From the IMG/VR virus record IMGVR_UViG_3300023435_000009: a stretch of DNA of 64,000 nucleotides; one strand, 5' to 3'. The notes under the pieces are model-generated. The model did no database searches. It was not told the origin of the DNA and saw nothing but the letters and a program-made list of their open reading frames with translations. The position numbers and the translations under genes are program-made. Positions 39,801 to 47,639 of the stretch are shown one piece after another (within the stretch, counting starts at the first letter, position 1; every line of letters begins with the position of its first letter). The DNA comes from a virus. Taxonomy: Duplodnaviria > Caudoviricetes.

Positions 39801-42302
39801 TTCGAGCTTTCCGCCACCGTAGGAACGAAGATCTCGGGGATGCAGTTCCTTCCCGTACAGGTTTCCGGGGCCGAGTACGGTTTGCCCCATGACAACTGCG
39901 TGGGCGTTGATGATGCAGCCCTTTCCATCTATGGGTTCCGGCGGCTGACCTTCAGGCCGCCCACGTCGTTGACTCATTTCCCTGCCGCCCCGGATAACGC
40001 TCAACCTGTGGTGTTCAACTCTGCGGGGGCACCCGGCGTGACGGACGGGGCCTTGGACAGGGTTGCGGGGTTCAACACCTTGATCCCCATGGTCTCTGCC
40101 CCGGAACCGGGGCATGAGTTCCTGCCCAGTCCAGCGACTCCGGTCTACCACTGGGTCGCACACACGTTGGACGTGCAGGCGTTTAACAGCCTGCTTCAGC
40201 TTTGGGACACCCTGAATGTGGCTGGTGGCTCCTACGGCGGCATCCATGGTGCGACGGGAGTCCGGTGCATCCTCCCTGGGACCGAGATGGCTATGACCAG
40301 TGAAAATGTCGGGGTGATGCTCCCAGGCTTCCGTGCCCAGGCAGGGATCTTCCTGGAGCCCTCCGTGCCTCGTGCCGGGTTGGATCTGGTTCCGGCAGTC
40401 AGTCACGTTCGGGTTGTTGACCAGGACCACAGTCTTCCTGACCCCACTCTTGCGGCAACGGATGATGTGCGAGAGATCTGGATGAGGAACGCTCATGACT
40501 ACTACCTGGGAGGTGGTGCTTCTACGCAACCGAACATCCCGGAAGAGGTCACCTTCATTGTGAGACGCATCCGTCGTTTTCACAACGTCGGGGGTTCTCC
40601 TACGAACCTGATGCCCCTGCGATATGCCTACGAGATCCGCCGAGGAATGATCACTGATTACACTGTGATGCCCAGCCAGATGTGCATCGTGCAGGCCAAC
40701 TCTTTCACAATGAACTGGGAATCGATCAAGCCCGCAGGGTCACCCAAAGCGAACGACGCTTGGAATGACGGTGCCACCTACCTGGGAACCAACCTGGGGC
40801 CGTTCAACAACGAGGACGTGAACGCCCACGCCGGGGACACCTTCCGGCTCCTGGATCGTTTCGGGGACGTAGTGGAGGAAGCCGAGATCAGTTCCGTGAG
40901 GGAAGGACATGAGTTGGTTCTTGTTCCTCCAGGGTTGCAACTCTATGACCCCTCTAACGGGACCGTGCGGTTCGAGATTTTCCTCCGGCACGCTCCGGTG
41001 CCCCATGAGCAGACCAACGAGCAACTCCTGGATGTCATTACTTCTCGGGCTGTCACACGCACGGACGCTACCTGGGGTGTGGCCTCAGAGTTGGGTGGTT
41101 ACGTCCCAGAGGTCACAGGTGGGGCCACCTATGCTGGTAATGTCAACAAGCTCTACGACGACCTGAACGCCCCAGGAACCGGGGGCCAGACCTTCGGGGC
41201 GTTGGGGGTACAGAAGGGTGATATCGTTGTGGTGGATCCCATCGGGTTGATTCCTCAGAACTTAGCGGGCGATCCCACAACGCAAGAGTTGGCGATGCGT
41301 CCGGTGGGGGACGATTCTGTAGACGTCAGGATCGGTGCCGGAGTGTATGTGCCTGGACGCCCGAACCCTCTGGATGACAACAGGGGCTTCTACAGGGTTC
41401 TCCAGGTGGTCGATTCGGTGACACCCCCCTACTTGCTGGTGAATCCGGTTACGGAATTCACGGGGACAGATGTCGCTCCCGTTGTGTTCGATCCTACGGA
41501 TGACACCCGAGCGTATGCGGTGTACCCCTCGATCCACGACTCTTCTTTGGCTGCGACTGGCGAGGAGGGGCAGATGGATCTTCGTCCGACGAGGGCGAGG
41601 AATCCTGCGAATGGTTCCTTCAAGAACTACCCCAGCGGACTCAGCAACCACTCGGTAAGGCCCTTCTCTTATCAGGTGATTCGTCCGACGCAGTTCTTCA
41701 CGGACGCCACCATTGACTTGGTCCTGTCCACTCGGGAACGGATGCTCTCCCTCATCGCTTTGATCAATCAAATTGGGCACACCAAGGGTGGCAGTTATTT
41801 CATCTTCCAACGGGACACCCACCTGTACGATGTGGGCAGCCCGACCGACCCGGAGTTGGGCCTCGGTGTGGCCTCTAACGACTACCTCATGTCCGTGGTG
41901 GGCCGGGTGGATGTGATGCCCTATGCCAATAACACGACCTGCTTGTCCCTTCTGGACAGGAGGTTCTGGATCCTGGACGAGAAGCTGGACTTCCTGACGT
42001 ATGATGCAGCCAGCGGGACGGGGATGAGAAGGGCGGGTCCAGGGGACACCCCATACACTGAGTACTCTACAGTGACGGGGAGCATGGTCCGCCCTGTGCT
42101 GCCAGACTTGGTAGACGATGTGCTGGATCAGTCTGAGAGGCTCCGGGACGTGCGGTACGTCTGGTTGGCCTACCGGACTCATCAGGTTCTGGGCACGCTT
42201 GCCTCACTGAGCCGCTTTGACGCTGAGTTACCCAAACGTCTTCAGGAACAGGAGCAGTATCTGCTCCTGAAGGAATCGATGGAGAAGGTCTCTGAAACTT
42301 GA
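30888..42302 (+). CDS. giant (3804 aa) virion structural protein, probably baseplate/fibre-anchoring
   Basis: Uninterrupted 11.4-kb ORF with phage-type GC3 bias, beta-rich composition, located in the baseplate module. Confidence 0.7.
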   Translation: MGFSFDGHVLRGARIAPSNAVTSGEPVTGVIRDPRSVPTAYTLKVGSPLGEPPTFVDAAADKYRAGILDAPGTTPVEYLVWAQNTASLSWVDDPSWWLETGTATYPTGTLSVTDVVAGETWTDGAAHLVVTDEGNRSLSRILAVVVARGDQDYDDDGWIDPDDVNPANHPGGQPRKGNAPYVTLYFEADEQSPTLGMAYLTDVQQTALAGGLSLRRGDYVVAVHYTLASSRFWWTRNDRYETRFGWDGQARRWAPYKGTAVKNLGAMVLDLDYTMSPKVNNLPVGTFLPGSSAAPDQYSMIRVGSVPGATGTPVGSVRVVADSDFEDYDFAANPCNAVMGQTGGKLAFNPEFATAHAGETIWYSYKGYSPTSDGIVGPMRLADATPLYLAPIPGPTDHPFIHFGSRNPLTPILVTTDAALASINTVDPGTVAVSLSTGKLRFAPEDVQRADPSTPLFDKYFLGEDVIYKGVALNSQPQPTRAPVALVDEAGAVATAQDDPLYIPDAVELPTEFALDDPRRGLGVSGILDAPDGTGGLPSQPGVAATVRPGGDTIGAQNLGRIRQVDDGVGESILFSREGAIITLEEVTLEADLPTMGFKVKASKAYVARERGVEGSLVVLGRSDRKSFGDNAVYFLQSSLTPATFTTDAVVYSRGRDIFRFTGDEVFYYAVDGTAYLWTPTLLLAAYPNNSYFTPEMVAASLQSDTLPLPPAGTATAVSGRVAIRGATSVEIGFGTDGEKDLSGCTALGLMPGWRAVNGVQNWLPDSGVTLGLPRSPSNMDRSSATPDYAAVDRVENIILSESVPPSPFTFLDNVPLQDIAGYDDGVFFTLQYLALNGDEIEVVNKPLLHYEDIIHRFGQRKFDWVEDSIALGVVDKTTTTLNLGVPSLVPETLLGIPEIAAGLLVAPDGGVYIFQDPDTDFVLPQDGVSGNVILVERFGSLVTYGSKGARLTDPTHFEDQSADFTQAKVGYRLKITSGDNTGSYLVEEILSSTQVRLAPAIPEESQIWMTWELFTGHTSDVYDPALVADMVYKDFQLLPEEPFIIRILHLAGLVPATPAEQEANRLQVDMGEAVELDRPISLRFGLEAVNLTNEATLTALRKVPMGTMANNLLTLPDVNSSRFSTEAFSVQVGRATFSHGAGDLVGVASFSSDPSGIEYLTADIVVGGVTTPKGRLKFGTTVLTSLTGAKVYYQEEFLGAALLVSGEAEFDPSDGWFNLSSADLTVHAGKRLYFVEQLETEGHRDVSINPMLGAFSPNVPLPRGAVVEVLYWRADLEGRRIGDQVVEFLPVFVRKEQAQLVAPNIYKFNHALEDTVFQDIEPSVWIGAMMQNFGQVDCVVDYPEDWNGAGRVTFVSKTVDATDPVTVTFAVYEAQGGERSYEASQKNIYRPPFFIKANQSRFGLRTDRTAEFEPGQMIRIGEDCFYIRSLKYFPLETDGSGDVTEVNIFPSTINEVGSRAPGNDLLNYITDKPLTTVVDPDGPTPVPTTAAAGFMSAIDLTQFPFESVVRGQKVVIFRGDLTEFAVPGHVIEIGGAPYTIGSSEITEDGTRTKITVTGSFHRAFDILAAPIVKISYRPVYPPNFMEFVGVGPVLDSETVELVLFGETLSNGEEAPGRTLVPDVEYHLDYTSGAVQLLWPPQAGLQPNQWLLLTFTKLRTLQPYLKDEVLVEPRFQASFLSVTTPSEANDRLGATLAATFTFSSPDSFYFRAVELTQFLSEAAQEAIRDINATSPAGGSIQISAGGTDNWQQGRFGLMGEKAHLSDLDRAARTFLGFYNDTVVAFEQIQETISGGFVGDRDGKFRFWVGYGKDYPTPGYEDAISGGLLSRFVWADAVNSERVLGAPAFLTLDDWVVAPDSVTLEDAEISGSFLGPNTLNIMQTIQGALVQNDVDDVVLLKLGKTHITGTGADPYYHFKAKGVFGRMSDQHQFSRIFPTRTKAFFRLYPGAGAQMEPGAFNPGVYTAGRDINGEWLKTTGEQIGQISNPVLGDIQGVDSIDLVERRARGRIWGYFPDGLPGGLFDGGASPPVPVACIIVTPLLLRDVPVDPETGYPDDTRFLSTVPPGDLGDAVAGDPELAVPGFEAGDQLGWGKPDGTELGAFCPTTVLMWGATEPTGLFVREVLYGCVITFQDYLAAPMALPEEVLVVDTPAHEYPLERGDTLMVVSPSGVAMQAPQVPDLTTAPTFQTFADSTVLAGLYRDGYDLGTKSDGQVIDKSLPSLQDHAYIPLKELAGQNVPEPTSSVEGILEFLYMNQNPLKVPALLGGWVDDSGDFSVPYIRTGNTEIDRFEDISVVVSEAISARSDTVPTEAVYPDEILSLNGVVNVVGDTPASLDVDADLFPVVPGPIVPGIGNARPYDLILVQEPALFEDSDFTTLAGYTLGPHGILSIGRAETIPGGTAVEPPRFVTHTAAPPAGLSPVTGDAVRYNLTNAMVFVDGIYPPDPQVGVPPAGVAVFEDTLAGITVLDFTSVPMALNDGITRGVGNLNDVYFAGNPITIRMIARPDPNVVAGPVGPNPLPSLTGGVEALRITLWQGMAFVWTYQDDFNLAPPIGVALGGPPIFGDNVVPVLPVSDNRQIIIPGLGIIPWGAVPPNTWFLPHTLTPGPLYTMIYGFEYSFDIDARGFLHWAPAAPIWGSLTAWVDEDRLTFHETCDLRYASERGFVHPLNPALDLETQLTVDEVRLGRDAATWYWSDVNARANGWTGAPIPFTFLMRVPPYVGEWQMAAGTVSERGSIRVMAFEGHDNVPIEGVTVASATVPSCDYPPNQTAEICSGVGVTSSRLNTWLTPAEVESSDCRLTAITPSSGSVGAVEKGDVLVINGSSNLTYPGTLYAGTYLVRHAVETLGGSYRAVAPTSTTGVGTGWCPVVYPTVLGYDNVTNELTVSDLAPAAGGPLVGGVNVGFPLPAAGTRVFVLISPAGLASFDELTFRGSVISAEYSGMAMVAGRGVFTVANWQDAMGTVITEAEFELSATVGTKISGMQFLPVQVSGAEYGLPHDNCVGVDDAALSIYGFRRLTFRPPTSLTHFPAAPDNAQPVVFNSAGAPGVTDGALDRVAGFNTLIPMVSAPEPGHEFLPSPATPVYHWVAHTLDVQAFNSLLQLWDTLNVAGGSYGGIHGATGVRCILPGTEMAMTSENVGVMLPGFRAQAGIFLEPSVPRAGLDLVPAVSHVRVVDQDHSLPDPTLAATDDVREIWMRNAHDYYLGGGASTQPNIPEEVTFIVRRIRRFHNVGGSPTNLMPLRYAYEIRRGMITDYTVMPSQMCIVQANSFTMNWESIKPAGSPKANDAWNDGATYLGTNLGPFNNEDVNAHAGDTFRLLDRFGDVVEEAEISSVREGHELVLVPPGLQLYDPSNGTVRFEIFLRHAPVPHEQTNEQLLDVITSRAVTRTDATWGVASELGGYVPEVTGGATYAGNVNKLYDDLNAPGTGGQTFGALGVQKGDIVVVDPIGLIPQNLAGDPTTQELAMRPVGDDSVDVRIGAGVYVPGRPNPLDDNRGFYRVLQVVDSVTPPYLLVNPVTEFTGTDVAPVVFDPTDDTRAYAVYPSIHDSSLAATGEEGQMDLRPTRARNPANGSFKNYPSGLSNHSVRPFSYQVIRPTQFFTDATIDLVLSTRERMLSLIALINQIGHTKGGSYFIFQRDTHLYDVGSPTDPELGLGVASNDYLMSVVGRVDVMPYANNTTCLSLLDRRFWILDEKLDFLTYDAASGTGMRRAGPGDTPYTEYSTVTGSMVRPVLPDLVDDVLDQSERLRDVRYVWLAYRTHQVLGTLASLSRFDAELPKRLQEQEQYLLLKESMEKVSET

Positions 42303-42327
42303 TAAGTGTTCAACGGTGCTTTAAGAT
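42299..42327 (+). promoter_or_regulatory. sigma70-type promoter in the element left end
   Basis: TTGATA (42299-42304), 17 nt, TAAGAT (42322-42327); GTCAT-gtgc-ATGAC hairpin at 42332-42345. Confidence 0.65.
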
Positions 42328-42368
42328 GTTGGTCATGTGCATGACTATCACGCAGGCAGAGGGGAAAA

Positions 42369-43577
42369 GTGCTTCTAGCTCATGAAATAAGGCTCCGTCC
42401 CTCCCGAACGCAGGAGGAATACTTTCGTCATGCCTGTGGTGTGGCGAGGTTCACGTACAACTGGGCGTTGGAACATTGGAAAAGCGCCTACGAGGCGGGA
42501 GAAAAACCTTCTGGATCTTCTCTCAAGAAACAGTTCAATGCTATCCGTCGTGAGAAGTTTCCCTGGACTTATGAAGTTCACAGGGACTGTACAGCCCAGT
42601 CTTTCACGCAACTCCAAAAGGCGTTCACGCATTTTTTCCATCGTATGAAAGCGGGTCGAAAACCAGGCTACCCCAAGTTTAAAAAACGAGGTGGGTGCAA
42701 GGACTCTTTCTACATAGCTAATGACCGATTCCGATTAGACAACAAACGTATCCACTTACCCAAAATAGGATGGGTCAGGTTGCGTGAAGTCCTACGTTTC
42801 GAGGGTATGATCACCAGTGCTATCGTCAAGCGTGTAGCTGACGCCTGGTTCGTTGTAGTACAGGTCGATGTCGGTGACTATCGACGTGACCGCATTGCCA
42901 ATAGTGAGGTCGGTGTCGATTTGGGTATCAGATCCTCTGCTACACTCTCCACCGGGGAGCATATTCAAGGACCAAAGGCCTTGAAAAAGAACCTGAGGAA
43001 GTTGCAACGGGAGTCCCGTTGGCATTCCCGCAAACAGAAGGGATCAGCAAATCGCCGTAAATCGACAATGAAATTGGCTCGATTGCACCGTCGGATCGGT
43101 TACGTCCGATCCGACTATCTGCACAAACTGAGTACAAGGCTCTGTCGTGAGAACCAAGCGATAGGGATCGAGGATTTGGCTGTACAGAACATGGTTCGTA
43201 ATAGGCGGTTGAGCCGCCACATCGTGGATGAGGGATGGGGGGGGTTTCGACGGCAGATCAATTATAAGGCGGTCATCTTTGATGACGTGGTCGTTGTTCA
43301 TGATCGTTTTTACGCTTCGTCGAAGACCTGTTTTTTGTGTTGTGAAAAGAGGGCTAAGTTAAGCCTATCCGAGCGTACCTTCAAGTGCGCCTGCGGTTGG
43401 GAAATTGACAGAGATGTCAATGCCGCTTTGAACTTACTACCGTGGGTTACACGGGAAGTTACGCTTGTGGAGAAGGAAGCGCTGGTTTTGGCATTAGCTG
43501 AAACGAAACTGCCTTTGATGAAGCAGGAACTAACCCCTACGCCTTTGTGCGTGGGGGAAAGGTATCAGAAGGCCTAG
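42369..43577 (+). CDS. tnpB: RNA-guided endonuclease TnpB
   Basis: N-terminal HTH (AHEIRLRP...ARFTYNWAL), RuvC-I VGVDLG, RuvC-II IGIEDL, Zn finger CxxC...CxCG, RuvC-III DRDVNAALNL; all three catalytic acidic residues present. Confidence 0.95.
   Translation: MLLAHEIRLRPSRTQEEYFRHACGVARFTYNWALEHWKSAYEAGEKPSGSSLKKQFNAIRREKFPWTYEVHRDCTAQSFTQLQKAFTHFFHRMKAGRKPGYPKFKKRGGCKDSFYIANDRFRLDNKRIHLPKIGWVRLREVLRFEGMITSAIVKRVADAWFVVVQVDVGDYRRDRIANSEVGVDLGIRSSATLSTGEHIQGPKALKKNLRKLQRESRWHSRKQKGSANRRKSTMKLARLHRRIGYVRSDYLHKLSTRLCRENQAIGIEDLAVQNMVRNRRLSRHIVDEGWGGFRRQINYKAVIFDDVVVVHDRFYASSKTCFLCCEKRAKLSLSERTFKCACGWEIDRDVNAALNLLPWVTREVTLVEKEALVLALAETKLPLMKQELTPTPLCVGERYQKA
43441..43572 (+). ncRNA. putative omegaRNA scaffold overlapping the tnpB 3' end (5' boundary approximate)
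   Basis: Follows the DVNAALNL codons; hairpins GTTTTGGC-atta-GCTGAAAC (43485-43504) and CCCCTACGC-ctttgt-GCGTGGGGG (43534-43557); 84% identical over 92 nt to the non-coding copy at 54578-54668. Confidence 0.7.
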
Positions 43578-43804
43578 TGGAGATCCCTAAAGAAATTCAG
43601 GACTTGCTGGACAAACTCGGGGTGGACCCTGGGGCCTGGGGTGAGATGGAAGGGCACGCTGCCACTCCTCCCCTGATGCAGCGTCAGGCTGAAACTCTCG
43701 TCAAGCTCCGCACCTTCCTGGAGACTATGGTGGCCCAGGATCAGGCCGCATTGTCGGGGCTGCATGAACAGTTGGCCCGACTGAAACACGGTGGGGGATC
43801 CTGA
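43577..43804 (+). CDS. small hypothetical coiled-coil protein
   Basis: GTG at 43577 overlaps the TAG stop (TAGTG); the listed start at 43547 lies inside the omegaRNA and is unlikely. Confidence 0.6.
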   Translation: MEIPKEIQDLLDKLGVDPGAWGEMEGHAATPPLMQRQAETLVKLRTFLETMVAQDQAALSGLHEQLARLKHGGGS

Positions 43805-46698
43805 TGGCGAACTCGTGGGGAACACTGACGTTTGAGATCCCGGACTTTCTGGATGACATCCGAAACGCAATCAACAGCGTGGCCGAATGGATGGTTGCGG
43901 TGTTGGACATCGCCCTGCTCGCTCTGAACTTCATCAAGGCGTTTCTGGTTGGCTTCCTCGATCCAATTATTGCATTGGTGCAGGCCCTCATTGATGAGAT
44001 CAACGCTCTTCTCCGGGACTTGAGGCAGTTAGGGTTATACCTGACGGGGGATTGGAACCTCTTGGAGGATCCCGACACGTTGAAGGGCGGCTTCCAGGAG
44101 TATGAGCGGAGGATGATCGCCCGCCTCACGGATAGGACGGATCCGTCACGCCCTGACGTTTCCGCAGCGACCACCGTCCTGTCCATGTTCTTCTATGTGT
44201 CCGTGGACCTGTCCGAGTGGGAGCGGCTTGACCGCACCATCAGGATGTTGCTCGCCTACTTCAAGCAGTTCCCCGCCCTGGCTAGTTCTCATCCTGCCGT
44301 AGCAATCACGGAGGTTCTGTACGGGGCATCCGCAGCGAATTTGATGGACTTCGGAGACATTGGGGCCTTTTTCACGAAGGAGAGTACACCTCCTGCACTG
44401 GCTCTGGTGAAGTGGCGGGTCGACAAAGCCTTCAAGGGTGATGCGTTTTTGCCCCCGATCTCCATTCCTCCAGGCGGCTTCATCGTTACGGTGTCCACGG
44501 TGCCCGAGGGCATCCCCATCGTGTATGACCGTCCTCAGGGGGACCAGGATAAGAAGAAGGTGCCGGGCACATCCACGTTGGCGCAGCCCCGAGAGTATGG
44601 GCCGGTGCTGATGTCCGATGGTCGTCCCCTCATTCTGTACGGTGGGGGGGAGATGATCTATCCGGTCCCTGCCTCTATGACTTACAACTGGGGGATCAAA
44701 GACGGGGCGTTGGTTGATGGGGCAACCCGAGTTTATGGTCTGCTGGGATCGGGGAGGACACCAATCCCAATCGACCTCCTGAAGAACGGGGACGACTACT
44801 ATCTCCAGCGGACCTTCTGGGTGTCCCCCAAGGCCGTTGGAGGGGCCTTTGCTACCGGGGAGTACTCCATCCTTCTGAAGGGTGAGGAAATGCCACGTGC
44901 AGCCCATGTCGTAGCCGACTCGGGTGGGGAACTTCAGTTCGTGGATGATGGCCCTGCTGCGACCCTTTACGTCCGGGTGGCGACCTGTTCCAAGGCCGTG
45001 GCCAACTCCGGGGCCTTCCGATATCAGTTTCAGGAGGGGACGAAGAGCATCACGGGGCAACCCATTCAGGTGGGGGTCAGTTCTGATGGGGTGGAGGAGG
45101 GCAAATCTCCCACGGATATCGGATCCTTCAGCAATCCCCAGCAGATCGTGTTTGCGAACACCAACACCAAGGAGTACCTGGATGCTCTGCGGGTGGCCCT
45201 CCTGGTGCTTGTGTTGGTGCGCCCCGACCTACAGCCGCTGGATGAGATTGAGGGGACGGTGTCTACCGAGACCTTCGAAAACCTCAAGTCCAGCAAAGTC
45301 ATCACCGAGGGGTTGGCCCTCGGCTACTGCGGGTTGGAGTCAGTTCAGCATCTGACGGGTGTGGTCTATGACCAGAAACTGTCCTACGCTGATGCCATGA
45401 AGGTGTCGGACGCTACCGTGTTGACTTTCCGTCAGGATCTCATTGCTCGGATCAACCTGGCAGCCCATGACATCTACAGCAAGACTGGCCCAATGCCCGA
45501 CGTTGAGGCTACCGTAGTCAGTGGAACCAAGTTCCTCCGCACGGCAACGTGGGGGGACATCCTAGATGCAGTTCATCCTGAGGTGACATCTGATGGGAAA
45601 CCTAGCGGCTGGGCTGCTTTCCTGGATCTGACACTGTGGGAGTCTCTGGAGAGTTCCGATCCGAAGATTGGTGTTGCTCGGAACCCTCTGTCCGTTCTTG
45701 GGGGGCTTGAGGATGTGGCACGGAGTCTGATGGGTAACCCCGATGTTACCCTGGATCGGGATCCCCACATGCAGGACGGGCTGGTAGATGCAAACGCTGG
45801 GAAGTGGGACAATTACAAATTCATGGAGATGGCTTTCGGGTCCAAGGAGGAACTCCAGACCTTCTTGAAGGAGTGCCCACCAGGGCTGCGGAGCATTTAC
45901 GAGCAGTGTGTCGTGCAACCTGACAATAAGGACATTGCCGTACCCGACGATTGGTTCCACCGGGTGGATACATCAGACATGGCTGAGAGGCACGTAGGTT
46001 CAGCGGATCTTTCCCCTGTGTTCTTTTATGGTCCCCCTATCCCCGACAAGATGATGTACTGTCGAGGGTTGTTCGTCAAATCAGATCTCGTGACGGCACA
46101 GGATGCCAGCAAGGGAAGAATCCTCCAACAGGCATCTCTTGCCCTGCGTGTGGCGGGGGCGGCAATTCGCAGACCCCTGTCCGATGGGGAGTGGCTGTTC
46201 GTTCGGTGGTTTGACACGATGCCCGGTTTGGAAGACTTCCTGGCTTCCCTGGCAAACTGGATGGAGGCAATCAGGGCATCCCTTCAGTCCATTATAGATA
46301 CGATCCGAAAGTACATCGAGTACCTTGAGGCCCGAATCGTGGACCTACAGCAGTTGATCCGGCGGATCAATGCACTGCTTCAGTCTATCCTGGGTTTCAC
46401 CTTCCAGATCCCCTCATGTTCCGTGTTGACGATGGTGTCCAATGGGACGGGCGGGGTTTTGTCTGACCTGATCACGGCGGACAACAAACCCAGCGACACG
46501 CCGTTGGCCTACGGGGGTGGTGTCGCAGTGGTGATTCCTCTGTTCCCCAGTTTCGTCCTGTTAGATTTGTTGTTGGCCTTTTGGCACCCCAAATCAGGGA
46601 AGCCAGATGGTCCCATGGGTGAGGATCCGACAACCGTGGAGGGGATCAACGGTGTTCCTGTTGTCCCATCAGATCCTGTTGTTCCTGATGTTTTGTAG
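43804..46698 (+). CDS. hypothetical virion-associated protein (964 aa) with terminal amphipathic helices
   Basis: TGATG coupling, phage codon bias, baseplate module; no family recognised. Confidence 0.6.
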   Translation: MANSWGTLTFEIPDFLDDIRNAINSVAEWMVAVLDIALLALNFIKAFLVGFLDPIIALVQALIDEINALLRDLRQLGLYLTGDWNLLEDPDTLKGGFQEYERRMIARLTDRTDPSRPDVSAATTVLSMFFYVSVDLSEWERLDRTIRMLLAYFKQFPALASSHPAVAITEVLYGASAANLMDFGDIGAFFTKESTPPALALVKWRVDKAFKGDAFLPPISIPPGGFIVTVSTVPEGIPIVYDRPQGDQDKKKVPGTSTLAQPREYGPVLMSDGRPLILYGGGEMIYPVPASMTYNWGIKDGALVDGATRVYGLLGSGRTPIPIDLLKNGDDYYLQRTFWVSPKAVGGAFATGEYSILLKGEEMPRAAHVVADSGGELQFVDDGPAATLYVRVATCSKAVANSGAFRYQFQEGTKSITGQPIQVGVSSDGVEEGKSPTDIGSFSNPQQIVFANTNTKEYLDALRVALLVLVLVRPDLQPLDEIEGTVSTETFENLKSSKVITEGLALGYCGLESVQHLTGVVYDQKLSYADAMKVSDATVLTFRQDLIARINLAAHDIYSKTGPMPDVEATVVSGTKFLRTATWGDILDAVHPEVTSDGKPSGWAAFLDLTLWESLESSDPKIGVARNPLSVLGGLEDVARSLMGNPDVTLDRDPHMQDGLVDANAGKWDNYKFMEMAFGSKEELQTFLKECPPGLRSIYEQCVVQPDNKDIAVPDDWFHRVDTSDMAERHVGSADLSPVFFYGPPIPDKMMYCRGLFVKSDLVTAQDASKGRILQQASLALRVAGAAIRRPLSDGEWLFVRWFDTMPGLEDFLASLANWMEAIRASLQSIIDTIRKYIEYLEARIVDLQQLIRRINALLQSILGFTFQIPSCSVLTMVSNGTGGVLSDLITADNKPSDTPLAYGGGVAVVIPLFPSFVLLDLLLAFWHPKSGKPDGPMGEDPTTVEGINGVPVVPSDPVVPDVL

Positions 46699-46707
46699 GA
46701 GATAATC

Positions 46708-47589
46708 ATGCCCAGCTTTTCCAAGTTGTGTGTGTGGCCGCTCGGGTATTTCCGAGCTTACTCAAGCTGGTTGCTTAAAAACCGCCGCACTGTGTCACAG
46801 CGGATCAATGTCATCAATGCCGAGGTTGAACGGATCGGGGTGGTCAAAGTCACATACAGGGCCGTGGAAGCAAACGGAGAGGTTCGTCGGACGGAGGAAC
46901 GGACTGGCCTCTATGTGACTCCCGGCTCGGCCTTGGGCAAATTGTTTCGAGCCTACGTTGCTCAGGGGGGTGATCCTCTTAGCATCTCGCCCTTTACTTA
47001 TCCTGAGACCAATGACATGACGCAGGGGAATTCCGAGCAGGATGCGGTGGTGCAGGAGGAATACCCCTTTGGCGGAGTCGTAGCCCCTCAATCGGCAGCC
47101 CCCAACGATCCGATTTCCTCTGATCAATCCCCTGGTTGGGGTGGTCATCCCGGAGGTTATCTCCAGTCAGATGCCTACTACCCGGCTCGCCAAGGTGGCC
47201 GGATCGACCCCGGTTCTTATGACCATGAGGGGGTCGTGAAATCGATGCGGCAGATGCGGGAGTGGGCTAATCAAGATTTGAAGGAACGCCAGGATCTGGA
47301 GTGGCGGATTGTCAAGCTCTGTGACCTCAGAGAGCAGCTTGTGAAGGAGCGGGACGAGGTGCTCGTTCAGGCCTTCGGTGGTGCTCTGGGTGGGGTGGGG
47401 CCGTTCGACCCGACCCGGTTTGACGAGACGTTGATGGTGCAAAACGTCATTCAGGACATGTATCAGATTCTGTACCAGTCAGATGAGACGGGGCGGGTCA
47501 CTTTTGAACCCAGCGACGAAATGCCCTTTCTCCAGTTCACCTTCCCGAATGAAGCGTCAGAGGTGGGGAGGGACATGTTGGGTTGTTAG
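46708..47589 (+). CDS. hypothetical protein (293 aa)
   Basis: AGGAGA SD; phage codon bias; no family recognised. Confidence 0.6.
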   Translation: MPSFSKLCVWPLGYFRAYSSWLLKNRRTVSQRINVINAEVERIGVVKVTYRAVEANGEVRRTEERTGLYVTPGSALGKLFRAYVAQGGDPLSISPFTYPETNDMTQGNSEQDAVVQEEYPFGGVVAPQSAAPNDPISSDQSPGWGGHPGGYLQSDAYYPARQGGRIDPGSYDHEGVVKSMRQMREWANQDLKERQDLEWRIVKLCDLREQLVKERDEVLVQAFGGALGGVGPFDPTRFDETLMVQNVIQDMYQILYQSDETGRVTFEPSDEMPFLQFTFPNEASEVGRDMLGC

Positions 47590-47590
47590 G

Positions 47591-47605
47591 CGGTGTTTCC
47601 TCTAT
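47591..47605 (+). promoter_or_regulatory. putative late-promoter motif CGGT-N8-TAT
   Basis: CGGT gtttcctc TAT, 35 nt before the gp25-like start. Confidence 0.55.
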
Positions 47606-47639
47606 ATTTTAGATCCTGTGGCACCTTGATGGAGAGAGC

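Larger units (their letters stand above)
42289..43572 (+). mobile_element. TnpB-only (no tnpA) IS607-like element, 1284 bp, flanked by AGAAGG direct repeats
   Basis: AGAAGG at 42283-42288 and 43567-43572. Removing one repeat plus the interior restores ATG GAG AAG GCC TAG/TG. Both ends are homologous to the mini-element at 54541-54668. Confidence 0.8.

Noticed and set aside
42299-42303. TTGAT, identical to the ISDra2 TnpB TAM, near the element's left side
   Set aside because: It is the -35 box of a TTGATA-17-TAAGAT promoter and reads TTGAC in the mini-element; the AGAAGG repeats and the restored MEKA* frame place the boundary further left.
42369-43577. Possibility of a nuclease-dead TnpB (TldR-type repressor) or a Cas12 with a CRISPR array
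   Set aside because: All three RuvC acidic residues are present, and no repeat-spacer array was seen anywhere in the window.
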